Under the pieces are notes generated by a model. The model had not been told where the DNA came from. It worked only from the letters and a program-made list of their open reading frames with translations, and did no database searches. A stretch of 64,000 nucleotides of DNA from an uncultured Planctomycetaceae bacterium (GTDB taxonomy: Bacteria > Planctomycetota > Planctomycetia > Planctomycetales > Planctomycetaceae), in NCBI GenBank assembly GCA_963815195.1, contig CAWFGE010000010.1, forward strand, positions 320,001 through 384,000. The letters are read 5' to 3'. This document shows, piece after piece, positions 51,935-61,152 of this stretch. Position 1 is the stretch's first letter; each line of letters begins with the position of its first letter. A program made the position numbers and the translations under genes.

Positions 51935-53519
51935 CGACATTCTCGCCGACTTGCCCGCCCCGCATGCGGACGAGCCGCCCACGCTCCGGCAGGACATCGC
52001 CGATGAACTTGCCGACCACCTGAAGTGCGCGGCTCAGCGGGAATCCTTTCAACATCCCGATCCCGCGGACATCGAACGCCGGGTGCTCGCCCGCTTCGGC
52101 GACCCCCGCAAAATCGCCCGTCAACTCTGGTTCGAAGCCATGAAGGAGATTCTTATGTCGCAAAAGATCCTGCTCAGCTTCGTGGGCCTGCTCACGGTGA
52201 TTGCCGCGACCGCTTGCGGGCTGGTGTGGTCGTTGGCCCGCGACTTTCAAACCGCCGCCCAAGCATCTCAAGCCGCCACCGCGGAACTCTTGAAACAAGG
52301 CCGCGACGCGAACCAGGAATTGGTCAATCAAAACCAAAAGATGATGCAGCAACTGACAGCGCTCGCCAACCGCCCTACCGAAGCCGTTACCACGCCGGAT
52401 TGGAATCCGCTCAATGTTCGCGTGGTGAAGAATGATAAAGAGAAAACTCCCGCAGAGGGATTTGAAGTCGTACTCCGTGGACCTCATTTTTCCGATGTGG
52501 AAGCGAGCCGAAATAGCACAGGCGGCAGGGGGAGCAACAGCGTCACAATCACAACCGACGAAAACGGCGTTGCCGATTTTGGACTCGTCCACCCCGGGCG
52601 ATTCTATGGAACCGTGACAGCGCCCTGGGGGGAAAATCGTTCAATTAGCGTGACTGTGAAGGCCGGCATTGCCTCCGAGAGCGTGATCATCGCCCCGGTC
52701 GAACCACCCGAACCGGTTCAAGTCAAACCGATGGTCAAATGGCCCAAAGAATTTGGCGGCTTGGATGTCGCCGTCGTGGTTGGCATCTCTCGCAAAGACT
52801 CCACCCGAGTGGATGACACATCTTGGGAAGGCGGCGCGAATCCGTTCTTGCTCATCCGCCCGGATGGACGATTTGCCGTCTATTCCGAAGTCCATCGCTT
52901 TCCTTCAAATTACAACATTTACAGCAGTCCATCAGACAATGGCAACGAAGCGATTACTGATACCGTTTACTTTCCGAGTGAACCGGTAGAGCATACGGAT
53001 GTGTTTCCCTGGAGAGGCCGTGAAGCGGCGTTGGTCAGCGTCAACGTCGTGTACCTTCCCAAAGAGGCGGGTTTTCCCGGCGATCAGGATCGGCTGAAGT
53101 GTCTATCCCCGTCGGAAGCCCTTTACAGGAGTTTCTCGTCGCAATTTCGCATTTTTCAAAGGCAGACCGGGCGAAACGGACCTCATCAGGACCAGTTGAC
53201 AGGGAAAAGTTTGGGAGCAGGTCAGCAACAGTGGACCATTGATTTCTCGGAATCCGACATTCTCACCACACTCACCATGATCGCTCCTGAGCAATTCCCG
53301 AAAGAATCGAGCAAACACGCAGTCAGGGGATCCCTCTATTTTCACGTCGATGACAAAGACGGGGATAACGAACTCTCGGAAGAGGAATGGAGCAACAGAA
53401 ATCCGGGCCTCACCCAGCTTGAATTTGAAAAGTATCCGATTTCGTATCGCACATTTATGGAAGCCTACTTCGTCAAATACCGAACGCCCGACGAGCGATC
53501 GCGACGCGGATCAAATTGA
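51921..53519 (+). CDS. HAAS-type membrane receptor 1 (HAAS - TM - coiled coil - transthyretin-like domain - EF-hand-like)
   Basis: DIADELADHL..VLARFGDPRKIARQLW; TM; TTDENGVADFG..PG; DDKDGDNELSEEE. Confidence 0.75.
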   Translation: MAGRDDILADLPAPHADEPPTLRQDIADELADHLKCAAQRESFQHPDPADIERRVLARFGDPRKIARQLWFEAMKEILMSQKILLSFVGLLTVIAATACGLVWSLARDFQTAAQASQAATAELLKQGRDANQELVNQNQKMMQQLTALANRPTEAVTTPDWNPLNVRVVKNDKEKTPAEGFEVVLRGPHFSDVEASRNSTGGRGSNSVTITTDENGVADFGLVHPGRFYGTVTAPWGENRSISVTVKAGIASESVIIAPVEPPEPVQVKPMVKWPKEFGGLDVAVVVGISRKDSTRVDDTSWEGGANPFLLIRPDGRFAVYSEVHRFPSNYNIYSSPSDNGNEAITDTVYFPSEPVEHTDVFPWRGREAALVSVNVVYLPKEAGFPGDQDRLKCLSPSEALYRSFSSQFRIFQRQTGRNGPHQDQLTGKSLGAGQQQWTIDFSESDILTTLTMIAPEQFPKESSKHAVRGSLYFHVDDKDGDNELSEEEWSNRNPGLTQLEFEKYPISYRTFMEAYFVKYRTPDERSRRGSN

Positions 53520-53563
53520 TTTTCCGAGTTCTAAACCTATTTGACCGACTGGACGCGAACACC

Positions 53564-55048
53564 ATGCCGCCGCGTGAGGACATTCTTTCGGAACTGCCGG
53601 CCCCCAATGCCGACGAACCGGGTGCGCTGCGGCGGGATATTTTGGATGAACTCGCGGACCATCTGGAATGTGCGGCCCGGCGGGAAGCGTTGTCCCATCC
53701 GGATCCCCACGACGTGGAACGCCGGGTGCTCGCAAGGTTCGGCAACCCTCAGAAAATCGCCCGTCAACTTTGGTTCGAGGCCATGAAGGAGAAACTCATG
53801 CTGCAAAAACTCACGCTAGCCCTCGTCACAATCGTGGCAGTCGGCTCCGCCCTCGCCTGCGGCTTCATGCTGTCGTTAGCCCGCGACTTCCAAGCCGCCA
53901 GCAGCGAACTGTTAACCCAAAGCCGCGAGGCGAACGAGGCACTGCTTGCGCAACTCAAGGCGATGAACAACCGCAAAACCGAAGAACCGAACCTCATGGA
54001 ATGGGTGCCGGTCAAGGTGCAAGTTCTTGAAAACAATGAAGAGCGAACGCCCGGCGCGGGGTTCTCCGTCACACTGCGCGGGAATGCGATCTCCGAATCA
54101 CAAGGTGCCCAGCTCGAGGAAAAGACGGACGAATCCGGAATTGCTGATTTCGATGTGATCCGGCCCGGCTCATACTCCATCACCGTCCAAACGACCTGGG
54201 GAGAACAGGCAACCGAAATGTTTGTGGTCAAACCCGGAGCGCCCCATGTTGAGAAAGTGCTTGCCCCGAAACCGCCGAAACCGCATCTCGTGAAGCCTTC
54301 GATCCAATGGCCCAAGGAATTGAAAGACGCGGACGTGGCCGCATTGATGACAATTTCGAGCGCCGACAAGACCAAGGTCGATGATCAACTCTGGAAGAGT
54401 CTCCGCAGAGAGCACCTGCTAATACGCCCCGACGGACGGCTGGCGGTTTATTCCGCTGCGTCGGAAAACCAAGCTCAAAACAACCCATCACGACCGCCGA
54501 AGGAACACTACGCCTTTGACACGATCATCCACATCGAATCCAAGCCGGAAGTTTATCAGGAGACCCTGCCTTGGAGAGGCCAAGCGGCTTATCTCTCGGA
54601 GTTGCGACTCGTCAAATTGCCGCAAGACGCCGAGTTCCCCAACAGCGGCGACTTCCTCGACCTCCATTTCCTCGAAATGTTAGGTCCTAACTTTGGCAAA
54701 GGGCATACCTCTCAAGTGATGTACTACGTTCAAACCGAGCCGAAGGAGGGGGAGGAGAAACCTCAGGTCTGGTCGATCGATTTGCACTTTGGTTTGGAAG
54801 TCGATTTCAGCCAGTTGATGGCCGTTGTCAAACAGTTTCCTCAATATCCTTCTGCCGAAGTGGCGAGTTCCTTCGCCTTACTTTCGGGGGCGGACAAGGA
54901 TAAAAACGGGATGATTTCCAAGGCAGAAATTCGTTTTGTAGACCGAAATGTTTTTGGCCTACCGTTTCTGGAGATTGAGTCTGAAAAACTCCCTCTTTCG
55001 TTGGAAACATTTTTCAAAGATTCGCTCGAATACAAAAAGGACCAATAA
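53564..55048 (+). CDS. HAAS-type membrane receptor 2 (paralog)
   Basis: DILDELADHL..VLARFGNPQKIARQLW; TM; KTDESGIADF..PG; DKDKNGMISKAE. Confidence 0.75.
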   Translation: MPPREDILSELPAPNADEPGALRRDILDELADHLECAARREALSHPDPHDVERRVLARFGNPQKIARQLWFEAMKEKLMLQKLTLALVTIVAVGSALACGFMLSLARDFQAASSELLTQSREANEALLAQLKAMNNRKTEEPNLMEWVPVKVQVLENNEERTPGAGFSVTLRGNAISESQGAQLEEKTDESGIADFDVIRPGSYSITVQTTWGEQATEMFVVKPGAPHVEKVLAPKPPKPHLVKPSIQWPKELKDADVAALMTISSADKTKVDDQLWKSLRREHLLIRPDGRLAVYSAASENQAQNNPSRPPKEHYAFDTIIHIESKPEVYQETLPWRGQAAYLSELRLVKLPQDAEFPNSGDFLDLHFLEMLGPNFGKGHTSQVMYYVQTEPKEGEEKPQVWSIDLHFGLEVDFSQLMAVVKQFPQYPSAEVASSFALLSGADKDKNGMISKAEIRFVDRNVFGLPFLEIESEKLPLSLETFFKDSLEYKKDQ

Positions 55049-55057
55049 CCACCCTGC

Positions 55058-55180
55058 TCATGAAACTTCCGCCAGGGCTTTTTCCCGTGCTTCGTTGAGC
55101 AGCCCCATCCAGGGTTTCATATAGTGCCCGTGGTCGTGAAACGTGCGGCCGCTGATGAGGTTGCCGTCGATCACGCAAGG
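55058..55180 (-). pseudogene. C-terminal fragment of a DJ-1/PfpI-like protein
   Basis: PCVIDGNLISGRTFHDHGHYM resembles the PfpI C-terminal V.DGNLvS.R motif. Confidence 0.55.
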
Positions 55181-55697
55181 ATATGGAGTAATAGAGGAAC
55201 GGCAGAAAGCCGAACACCGACGGAAAAAAGGCCATCCCATACATGGACGACCGAAAGGCGCGGAGGGCCATTTCGTCCGCGGTGAGGGGCGGAGTTTCCA
55301 CGGTTTCCCAGACGTTCTCGTCCTCTTCGGGAGTGTCCGCGACTGGGGCCGATGCGGTGTCGGCGGCCTCGGCGTAACACGCTCCGCAAGACCAGCACGT
55401 CTCGAAACCCGCATCCACCGTCTCGCCACAATGCGTGCACTTCCAAGGACCGACGGTCTCGGTGGCTTCTTCCGAATGTTTCGCGGTCTCCAGAATCCGG
55501 GCGGATTTCTCGGCATCGTGCTCGGCGACTTGCAGCTTCACGCCGCCCAAAGCCGGCCCGACGATCCACAGCATGTTGGTGGATTCCGCGCCGGAGACGT
55601 AAGCGTGAACGCCTTCCCGCTCCAAGAGCCACTTGGCGAAGCTGGCTTGTTGGGGATTGCCGAATTCCGCAACCGTCACCAAATCGTCCGCGAGCAT
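55181..55697 (-). CDS. DUF2007-like signal-transducing protein with a zinc ribbon; 3' end apparently truncated
   Basis: LVTVAEF..A......LEREGV..GGVKLQV; WKCTHCGE..FETCWSCG; TM segment breaks at the junction. Confidence 0.7.
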
Positions 55698-55712
55698 CGG
55701 GCGGCCGCCTGT

Positions 55713-55901
55713 CTAGCGGAAATCCTGGTAGGAGTCCCAGCACATATAGAGAATGCCGGCGGCGCTTAAGAGCAGGGCGATATCCAGAAACGTCATCTTG
55801 TTAAACGGGATTCCGGTGATGAAATCCATCACCGCCAACAAGGCGACCAAACCGGAGACCGCCCCTGAGCCAATGACCATGCTTTTCGGGATATTTGCCA
55901 T
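55713..55901 (-). CDS. Small two-TM membrane protein
   Basis: 62-aa hydrophobic ORF 15 bp upstream of the DUF2007-like gene. Confidence 0.65.
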   Translation of the reverse strand: MANIPKSMVIGSGAVSGLVALLAVMDFITGIPFNKMTFLDIALLLSAAGILYMCWDSYQDFR

Positions 55902-56048
55902 AATGACCGTTCGCTGTGCCCGCCAGGTTTTGCTAATGGATGAAGAAGAGGGGGGAATATTCGGAGAGGCTCCGAAGGGGATGTTCCCTCATTATAAAGC
56001 GGCCCCGTGCCCCAAATCCAGCCTGGAATTGGAAAACGGATGGCAACA

Positions 56049-56127
56049 GTGGCAACGTTCCTGAGCGCAGCGAAGGGCGTGGTGATCGCAAAGACCACGG
56101 CCGTCGCTGCGCTCAGGGACGTGCCAC
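56049..56127. repeat. REPIN-like inverted pair
   Basis: gtggcaacgttcctgagcgcagcgaagggcgtggt / accacggccgtcgctgcgctcagggacgtgccac. Confidence 0.7.
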
Positions 56128-56204
56128 CCACAGTTAAATATTATTCCACGCGGGGGAGTTGTTGCGCAGATTTTTCAGGGAAGGGCAAGGTCTCCAGAAG
56201 GCCG

Positions 56205-56342
56205 ATGGCCAACCTCTGCGGTGCCGACTTGCGAGGAGCGATATTGGCCGAGGTCGATTTTTATCTCGTCGATCTCCGCGGGGCGATTTATGATCCCGAG
56301 CAGGAATTTCACCTCCGGCGGTCCGGGGCGATCTTGTCCTGA
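56205..56342 (+). pseudogene. Pentapeptide-repeat protein C-terminal remnant
   Basis: ANLCGADLRGAILAEVDFYLVDLRGAIY; upstream body absent. Confidence 0.6.
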
Positions 56343-56346
56343 CCGC

Positions 56347-57432
56347 TTATTCCGGGGGGTCGAGCCGGAAGAGCTTGGGGCCGGCATCGTCCGTCAGCGG
56401 GTCGAAGTTCGCGGGCGGCGGTTCGTCGAAGCGGAATCGCAACCTGAGGCCCTGGCTTTGCCAGCTTTTCGGGTCGAGCGAGATTTTGCCGGCCGGCGTT
56501 GTCGCGGCCGTCTCGGAGGGACGGGCTTTGGTTGGGGCTTTTTCCGCCGTGGCGGGGGGTGTCGCGGGTGCGGCAGGGGTCTCGGGAGCCGGTTTCGATT
56601 TCGCTTCCGTTTTCTCCGGCGTGGCGGCGATTTTCTCCGGCGGCTTGGCGGGTGTTTCCTTTTTGTCGTTTTCGTTTTCTTTGGCTTTTCTTTTGTGGAA
56701 GTTCGGATTGAAATACGCGGGCTTGTTGTAATCCACGACCGGAGGCGGCGGGGTTCCTTTGGTTTCGTTCATCAGCAGCGAAAAGCCCAACTTCGTCCCG
56801 GCGAACTGCGTGCCGCCTTCGTAGATGTCGCCCCGCTGAAACGGTCCCGCACCGAGAAACCACGTGTCCTTGGCGGTGCTGCGAACGGGGGCGACGCCCG
56901 ATTGCCAGACCGGTTCCCCGCTTTCGCGGTGATAGGCGAAGGCCCCGATTTTCGCCGCCGCCAGTTGCTCGTTGCGTTTGGCCAAGGCCAATTCCGGCAA
57001 CGAGGGCAACGAAGGCGAATTGGGGACGAGGCTGGAAGCGGCGTTCAGGAAATTGTTGGCCGGCATCCCGTAGGTGACTTCATGCCGATCCGTGCCCAGG
57101 GCTCCGATCCGGGCTTCCACGACGTAGTCCGCCTCCTCTTTTTTGTCCTGGAGCAAACACCGGGCCGCCACGAGTTGCTGCCGGAGCGAGCTGGTGATGT
57201 ACTCCGCGTTGACGAACCCAACGCCTTTGATGTTCTTGAGATAGGTCGTATCGAAATAGACGGATTGCCCGGAGAGCGCACGGAAGTCGAGTTGGGCCAC
57301 GCTGCGGTCGACGGCATTGGAGGTCAGAAGCTGCTCGGTCGCATCCCGTTGCTGCGTGGAACCGCACCCCAGCACTCCGAGGGAGAGCAGGACCCAGGCA
57401 GCCCACCGATGGAACGAGGCACCCATCTGCAT
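56347..57432 (-). CDS. Lipoprotein (DUF6655-like) with a low-complexity tail
   Basis: Lipobox [17 protein letters not shown]; family assignment from memory. Confidence 0.7.
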   Translation of the reverse strand: MQMGASFHRWAAWVLLSLGVLGCGSTQQRDATEQLLTSNAVDRSVAQLDFRALSGQSVYFDTTYLKNIKGVGFVNAEYITSSLRQQLVAARCLLQDKKEEADYVVEARIGALGTDRHEVTYGMPANNFLNAASSLVPNSPSLPSLPELALAKRNEQLAAAKIGAFAYHRESGEPVWQSGVAPVRSTAKDTWFLGAGPFQRGDIYEGGTQFAGTKLGFSLLMNETKGTPPPPVVDYNKPAYFNPNFHKRKAKENENDKKETPAKPPEKIAATPEKTEAKSKPAPETPAAPATPPATAEKAPTKARPSETAATTPAGKISLDPKSWQSQGLRLRFRFDEPPPANFDPLTDDAGPKLFRLDPPE

Positions 57433-57540
57433 CGAACGCAAAAACCAGAATCAAATGCGAAGGAAATGTGAGAGAGGCCGCGAAGTATAATGGTTTTGCG
57501 ATGCGAGGCTAGAGCGCTCCGTTGCGAATTATTTGAGAGA

Positions 57541-59229
57541 TCAATAGTCGAACTGCAATCGCATGCCGAAGCCGTAGAGGCTGCCGTTGCTGGCCGGGGT
57601 GTTGGCGGTGGTGCGGTTTTCGTAAATTCCGTCCCAGATGATGCGGGTGTTGGGATTGGCGATCCAGTTGACCGCCAGCGAGACGTCGTTGACCCTTGCG
57701 GAGGAGGCCGAGTATCCGGACGGGTTCGTCGCCCCGCCGTTGACGCCGCCCAGGTCGTTCAAATTGAGGGTGGAGTAGCGGGCCCCGATCATCCACGCGC
57801 CCCAGCCGCCGTCGCTGGTGGAGAAATTGTGGAACGGAATGAGCCGGCCCCAGCGGCCCAATTTGCGGTCGTAGGGGATAAATTCGCCGGTCAACAGGTA
57901 GTTGGCCTGGACGTACCAGCTATTGCCGTACCACGTTCCCAGGACCGGGCCGCTGCGGCCGCTGGCGAAAGTGCGCACCCCGCCGGCCCAGGCCATGTAG
58001 TATTCCGACTGGATGCTGAGCGAACCGTATTGAAAGACAAACTCCGGCACCAATCGGGATTCGTTGTTGGCGAACATCCGGGCTTCGCTGACGATGGGGT
58101 GCACCTGGTTCGAGCCGTTCCGCAGCAGCGTGCGGGCGCGGAAGCGGGCGATGCCGTTGTCGGTGTCGGCATACATGCCCCCGACGCCCAGGTGCAACAG
58201 GTATTTGCCTTCCTCTTCAAACCAGGGGGTGATCACCGTCCGGCCTTCCGCCATGTAGGCGCCGGACTGCGTGTCGAAGAAAAACCCGCTGCGGTTGTTC
58301 TTCGCGATGCCCGCTTGATAGACCCATGCGGCATTCTCCGTGTGGTTCAGCATCACGATCGACGGGATAAACCCGTTGTCCTGGTCTTCGACAAACGCGT
58401 CCCAGCCGAGGGAGCGCTCCATGAAGTTCTGGAATCGGCTGCTGGTGAAATTCTCAAAGCTCCACAAGGGCTTTTGATTCCCGAGGCGGATGTTGCGGAA
58501 GATCGGCAAGTGCGTGAACATCCCGAAGACTTCCGTGGGGTTGGGGGAGTTGATGACGGAGGTGTTCGTGCCGGACGCATTGCGGACCGTTGTCGCCAGG
58601 TTGAAATCGTATTGGATCATGTATTCAAAGTTATTGTACATCGTACCCTTCGCCCCCAACCGGCCGCGGCGGATGTTGATGCCGTCCGTCACCGGGCCGA
58701 TCGCGCCCGGACCGGCAAACTGGACCTGGTTCTCGGCATTCAGCCAGACGGTATCGAGGTTGACCTCCACATCCGGGCGGAGGACGAAATTCCCGGTCGA
58801 CGAACGGAACTGCCAGCCCTCATCGAAGAGGCCTTTCAGCACCGATTCATCCTGCGCCTGGGCCGCCGGCCCCGACGTGCCTGTGATCTCCGGATCCGGA
58901 AGCCCGAATTCGCGGTCCATCGGGGAATCCTGACCGCTCAAGTCCACGGGTGGCACGTTTTGTCCGTTGGCGTTGCTCTGGGGACGATCGACCCGTTCCC
59001 GCAGACGTTGGACCTCGGCGGAGAGTTCCCGCACCTGTTGCTGCAAATCATTCTGCTGATTGGCCGTGGTCGAGACCGGCTCCGTTTCAGCCGGGCGGCG
59101 GGCCCCATAAAACATCTGGTCTGGATCAACCGGTCTGAAAGTTTGATCCTGCCCGGCTGCCGTTCCGCAGCAAGCCCCGAGCAGCACACAAAAAATCAAC
59201 TCACAAAAACCTGAGCGCGATCGAGACAT
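57541..59229 (-). CDS. OprO/OprP phosphate-selective porin
   Basis: IRRGRLG..G, TSSRF..FMER, YLLTGE, GAW.IGARYS.LNL and terminal RLQFDY. Confidence 0.88.
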   Translation of the reverse strand: MSRSRSGFCELIFCVLLGACCGTAAGQDQTFRPVDPDQMFYGARRPAETEPVSTTANQQNDLQQQVRELSAEVQRLRERVDRPQSNANGQNVPPVDLSGQDSPMDREFGLPDPEITGTSGPAAQAQDESVLKGLFDEGWQFRSSTGNFVLRPDVEVNLDTVWLNAENQVQFAGPGAIGPVTDGINIRRGRLGAKGTMYNNFEYMIQYDFNLATTVRNASGTNTSVINSPNPTEVFGMFTHLPIFRNIRLGNQKPLWSFENFTSSRFQNFMERSLGWDAFVEDQDNGFIPSIVMLNHTENAAWVYQAGIAKNNRSGFFFDTQSGAYMAEGRTVITPWFEEEGKYLLHLGVGGMYADTDNGIARFRARTLLRNGSNQVHPIVSEARMFANNESRLVPEFVFQYGSLSIQSEYYMAWAGGVRTFASGRSGPVLGTWYGNSWYVQANYLLTGEFIPYDRKLGRWGRLIPFHNFSTSDGGWGAWMIGARYSTLNLNDLGGVNGGATNPSGYSASSARVNDVSLAVNWIANPNTRIIWDGIYENRTTANTPASNGSLYGFGMRLQFDY

Positions 59230-59485
59230 CCGTGTTCCCAGAAAGCTGAAGATTCCATTTGCATACCGGCCAATGCATCCGTTCACATCGACCCACCGGT
59301 TGTCAAGGCGCACCGATTAGGTAAACCTTGAGGGTTGTGAGGGTTTCATCGATCATTCCGATTGGGCTGCATTAACGAATGCTAATTATTCGCGCCGGTA
59401 TTAACAAAGACTTCATGATTCCGGTGAGTTTTTGAATATTTCTTAACATTCGCTTCCGCGGAGGTTTAGAACGGTTGTTCTCCTC

Positions 59486-60100
59486 TTACGCTTCGGTCTG
59501 GCCCACCGGCGGGAGGAATTTGTCCAGAGGATCCGGCTCGCCGGCTTTTTCGAAGTAGCCGGGGTTTTCCAGCCCGAACCCGTTCGCCACGCGGTTGAAG
59601 AACGCGAACATGGCGGTGATGTACACCGCCTCGGCGATCTGCGGGTCCGTCCAGCCCGCATCGCGGAGCTTCTGCACTTCTTCCGGCGTGTTGCGGTAGG
59701 ACTCGTGCGTGAGCAACTTCGCAAACCGCAGCAGGGCCTTCTCCGCCTCGGTGATGGGAGCCTCCTCGATTTCGCCCCGGCCGATGTGCTCGACCGCGGC
59801 GTCCTCGGCTCCCTGCCTGTGCAAAAAGTACGCGTGCGAATGCATGCAGTATGGGCAGCGGTTCTGGCCCGAGACCAAGGTGGCGATCATCTCCTTAACC
59901 CGCTCCGGCAGATGCCCGTCGCAAAAGTGGATCTGCCAACTGAAATCCATCACCTGCTGCATAAAGTCCGGCCGATGGCTGAAGCACTTGATGATGTCGG
60001 CCACCTTCGTGCGGTCGGGACGCTTCTGAAAATAGAAATCGTACCCCCGGGCCACGTCCCCTTGGGCATCTTTCTCTTCGATCCACTCGATGAACGGCAT
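59486..60100 (-). CDS. AhpD-like peroxidase-related enzyme (CMD family)
   Basis: AAGGGAG RBS; EMIATLVS..NRCPYCMHSH and FAFFNRVANGFG. Confidence 0.88.
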   Translation of the reverse strand: MPFIEWIEEKDAQGDVARGYDFYFQKRPDRTKVADIIKCFSHRPDFMQQVMDFSWQIHFCDGHLPERVKEMIATLVSGQNRCPYCMHSHAYFLHRQGAEDAAVEHIGRGEIEEAPITEAEKALLRFAKLLTHESYRNTPEEVQKLRDAGWTDPQIAEAVYITAMFAFFNRVANGFGLENPGYFEKAGEPDPLDKFLPPVGQTEA

Positions 60101-60333
60101 GACGGTCTCCCTTGGCAAAAAAAATGATCGGACACGCAAGGCTCGACCCCCGCTGCGGACGCATTGCCCCCATCTAACCATACGCGGGAGCCTGCATCAA
60201 CCATCTCAACAGGCACTGGCGTGCTTTTGAGAACGAATTGGGTTATAATCAAAGCACAACTCCCACACATCCCCTTCACCATCTTGACGATCACCTCGGG
60301 TTTGTTCTTCGTCTCGAAAGACAGGGTGCTTCC

Positions 60334-60633
60334 ATGATTAACACAGAACGGGTTCACGGTTTGGTCCTTCGCTGGCAGACCGCCTTGAGCCACCGCAACT
60401 TCGATTCCCGATGGGAAACCACAAAAGCCACGAGATCGATTATTCACCTGATCGAGAAATTTCCGGAAACCCCGGCCCTGGAAGTCATGGATTGGGTCGC
60501 GGGCATCATCGAAAAGGGCGAAGCCCCGATGACGTTCGGCGACGTGGCCGATGTCTCGTCCCCGATGGAATTGATCCGCAACGACTACCGCGGGTTTCGG
60601 ATGGTATTGGCGCTGTGCCCCATCCGGTGTTAA
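60334..60633 (+). CDS. Hypothetical protein
   Basis: Open frame with protein-like composition; no motif recognised. Confidence 0.45.
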   Translation: MINTERVHGLVLRWQTALSHRNFDSRWETTKATRSIIHLIEKFPETPALEVMDWVAGIIEKGEAPMTFGDVADVSSPMELIRNDYRGFRMVLALCPIRC

Positions 60634-60673
60634 CGCCCCACCGCCGGGCCGCTTTTTATCGAGTCTCCCTTCC

Positions 60674-60979
60674 ATGCCGACGCTCGTGTTCTCGCTCGAG
60701 AAGCCGGACCTGCCGCCGTTTTCGATGCCGGAGCGGTTCAAGCACGACATCATTTACTTCGGCACGCCCGCGGGCAACCCCGCCGCACCCGCGGCTTTGG
60801 CCAAAGGCGAGTGGTGGATGCCCCGCGAGGAGGCTCTCCGCATTTATGACGAAGGCGTGGTGCGGATCGTTTCGCCGCTCGACAGTTCGACCACGGCGGA
60901 ACTGGAAATCACCGAGGAGCAGGAAGATTGGCTCTCGTGGCTGATCGAGAACCAAATCGAACAGGTGCGGTTGCAATAG
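60674..60979 (+). CDS. Conserved hypothetical protein
   Basis: GC3-rich codons; motif GVVRIVSPLDS..AELEITEEQE.WL.WL. Confidence 0.7.
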   Translation: MPTLVFSLEKPDLPPFSMPERFKHDIIYFGTPAGNPAAPAALAKGEWWMPREEALRIYDEGVVRIVSPLDSSTTAELEITEEQEDWLSWLIENQIEQVRLQ

Positions 60980-61152
60980 CGCCGCCTTTGTCCGAAGGCG
61001 TTTTTGAAGTGCTGCGTTCAAAAAGCACTGGGAAAGCCCGTCGCATACCTTTTGCGACTTTCCCGGGGCACACACCGTTGTAGAACCGGTCGAGTCCACT
61101 AAAATCAACGCGAAGCGAATCTCTCTGGACTCCTGACAACGGACCGAACGAC

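Noticed and set aside
51921..55048. Diversity-generating retroelement or polymorphic toxin locus
   Set aside because: No reverse transcriptase, no TR/VR pair differing at adenines, and no immunity genes or toxin motifs were seen.
57490..59214. Long antisense ORFs (also 8747-10474, 36387-37817, 41016-42386, 61180-62733)
   Set aside because: They are shadows of well-supported genes on the opposite strand, as expected in GC-rich DNA.
59486..60100. Selenoprotein (CxxU) form of the AhpD-like enzyme
   Set aside because: The motif is encoded TGC CCA TAC TGC, so both positions are Cys and there is no in-frame TGA.
60980..61152. ZTP (pfl) riboswitch upstream of purH
   Set aside because: The conserved GACTGGCG and CGCCTGGGC elements were not found.
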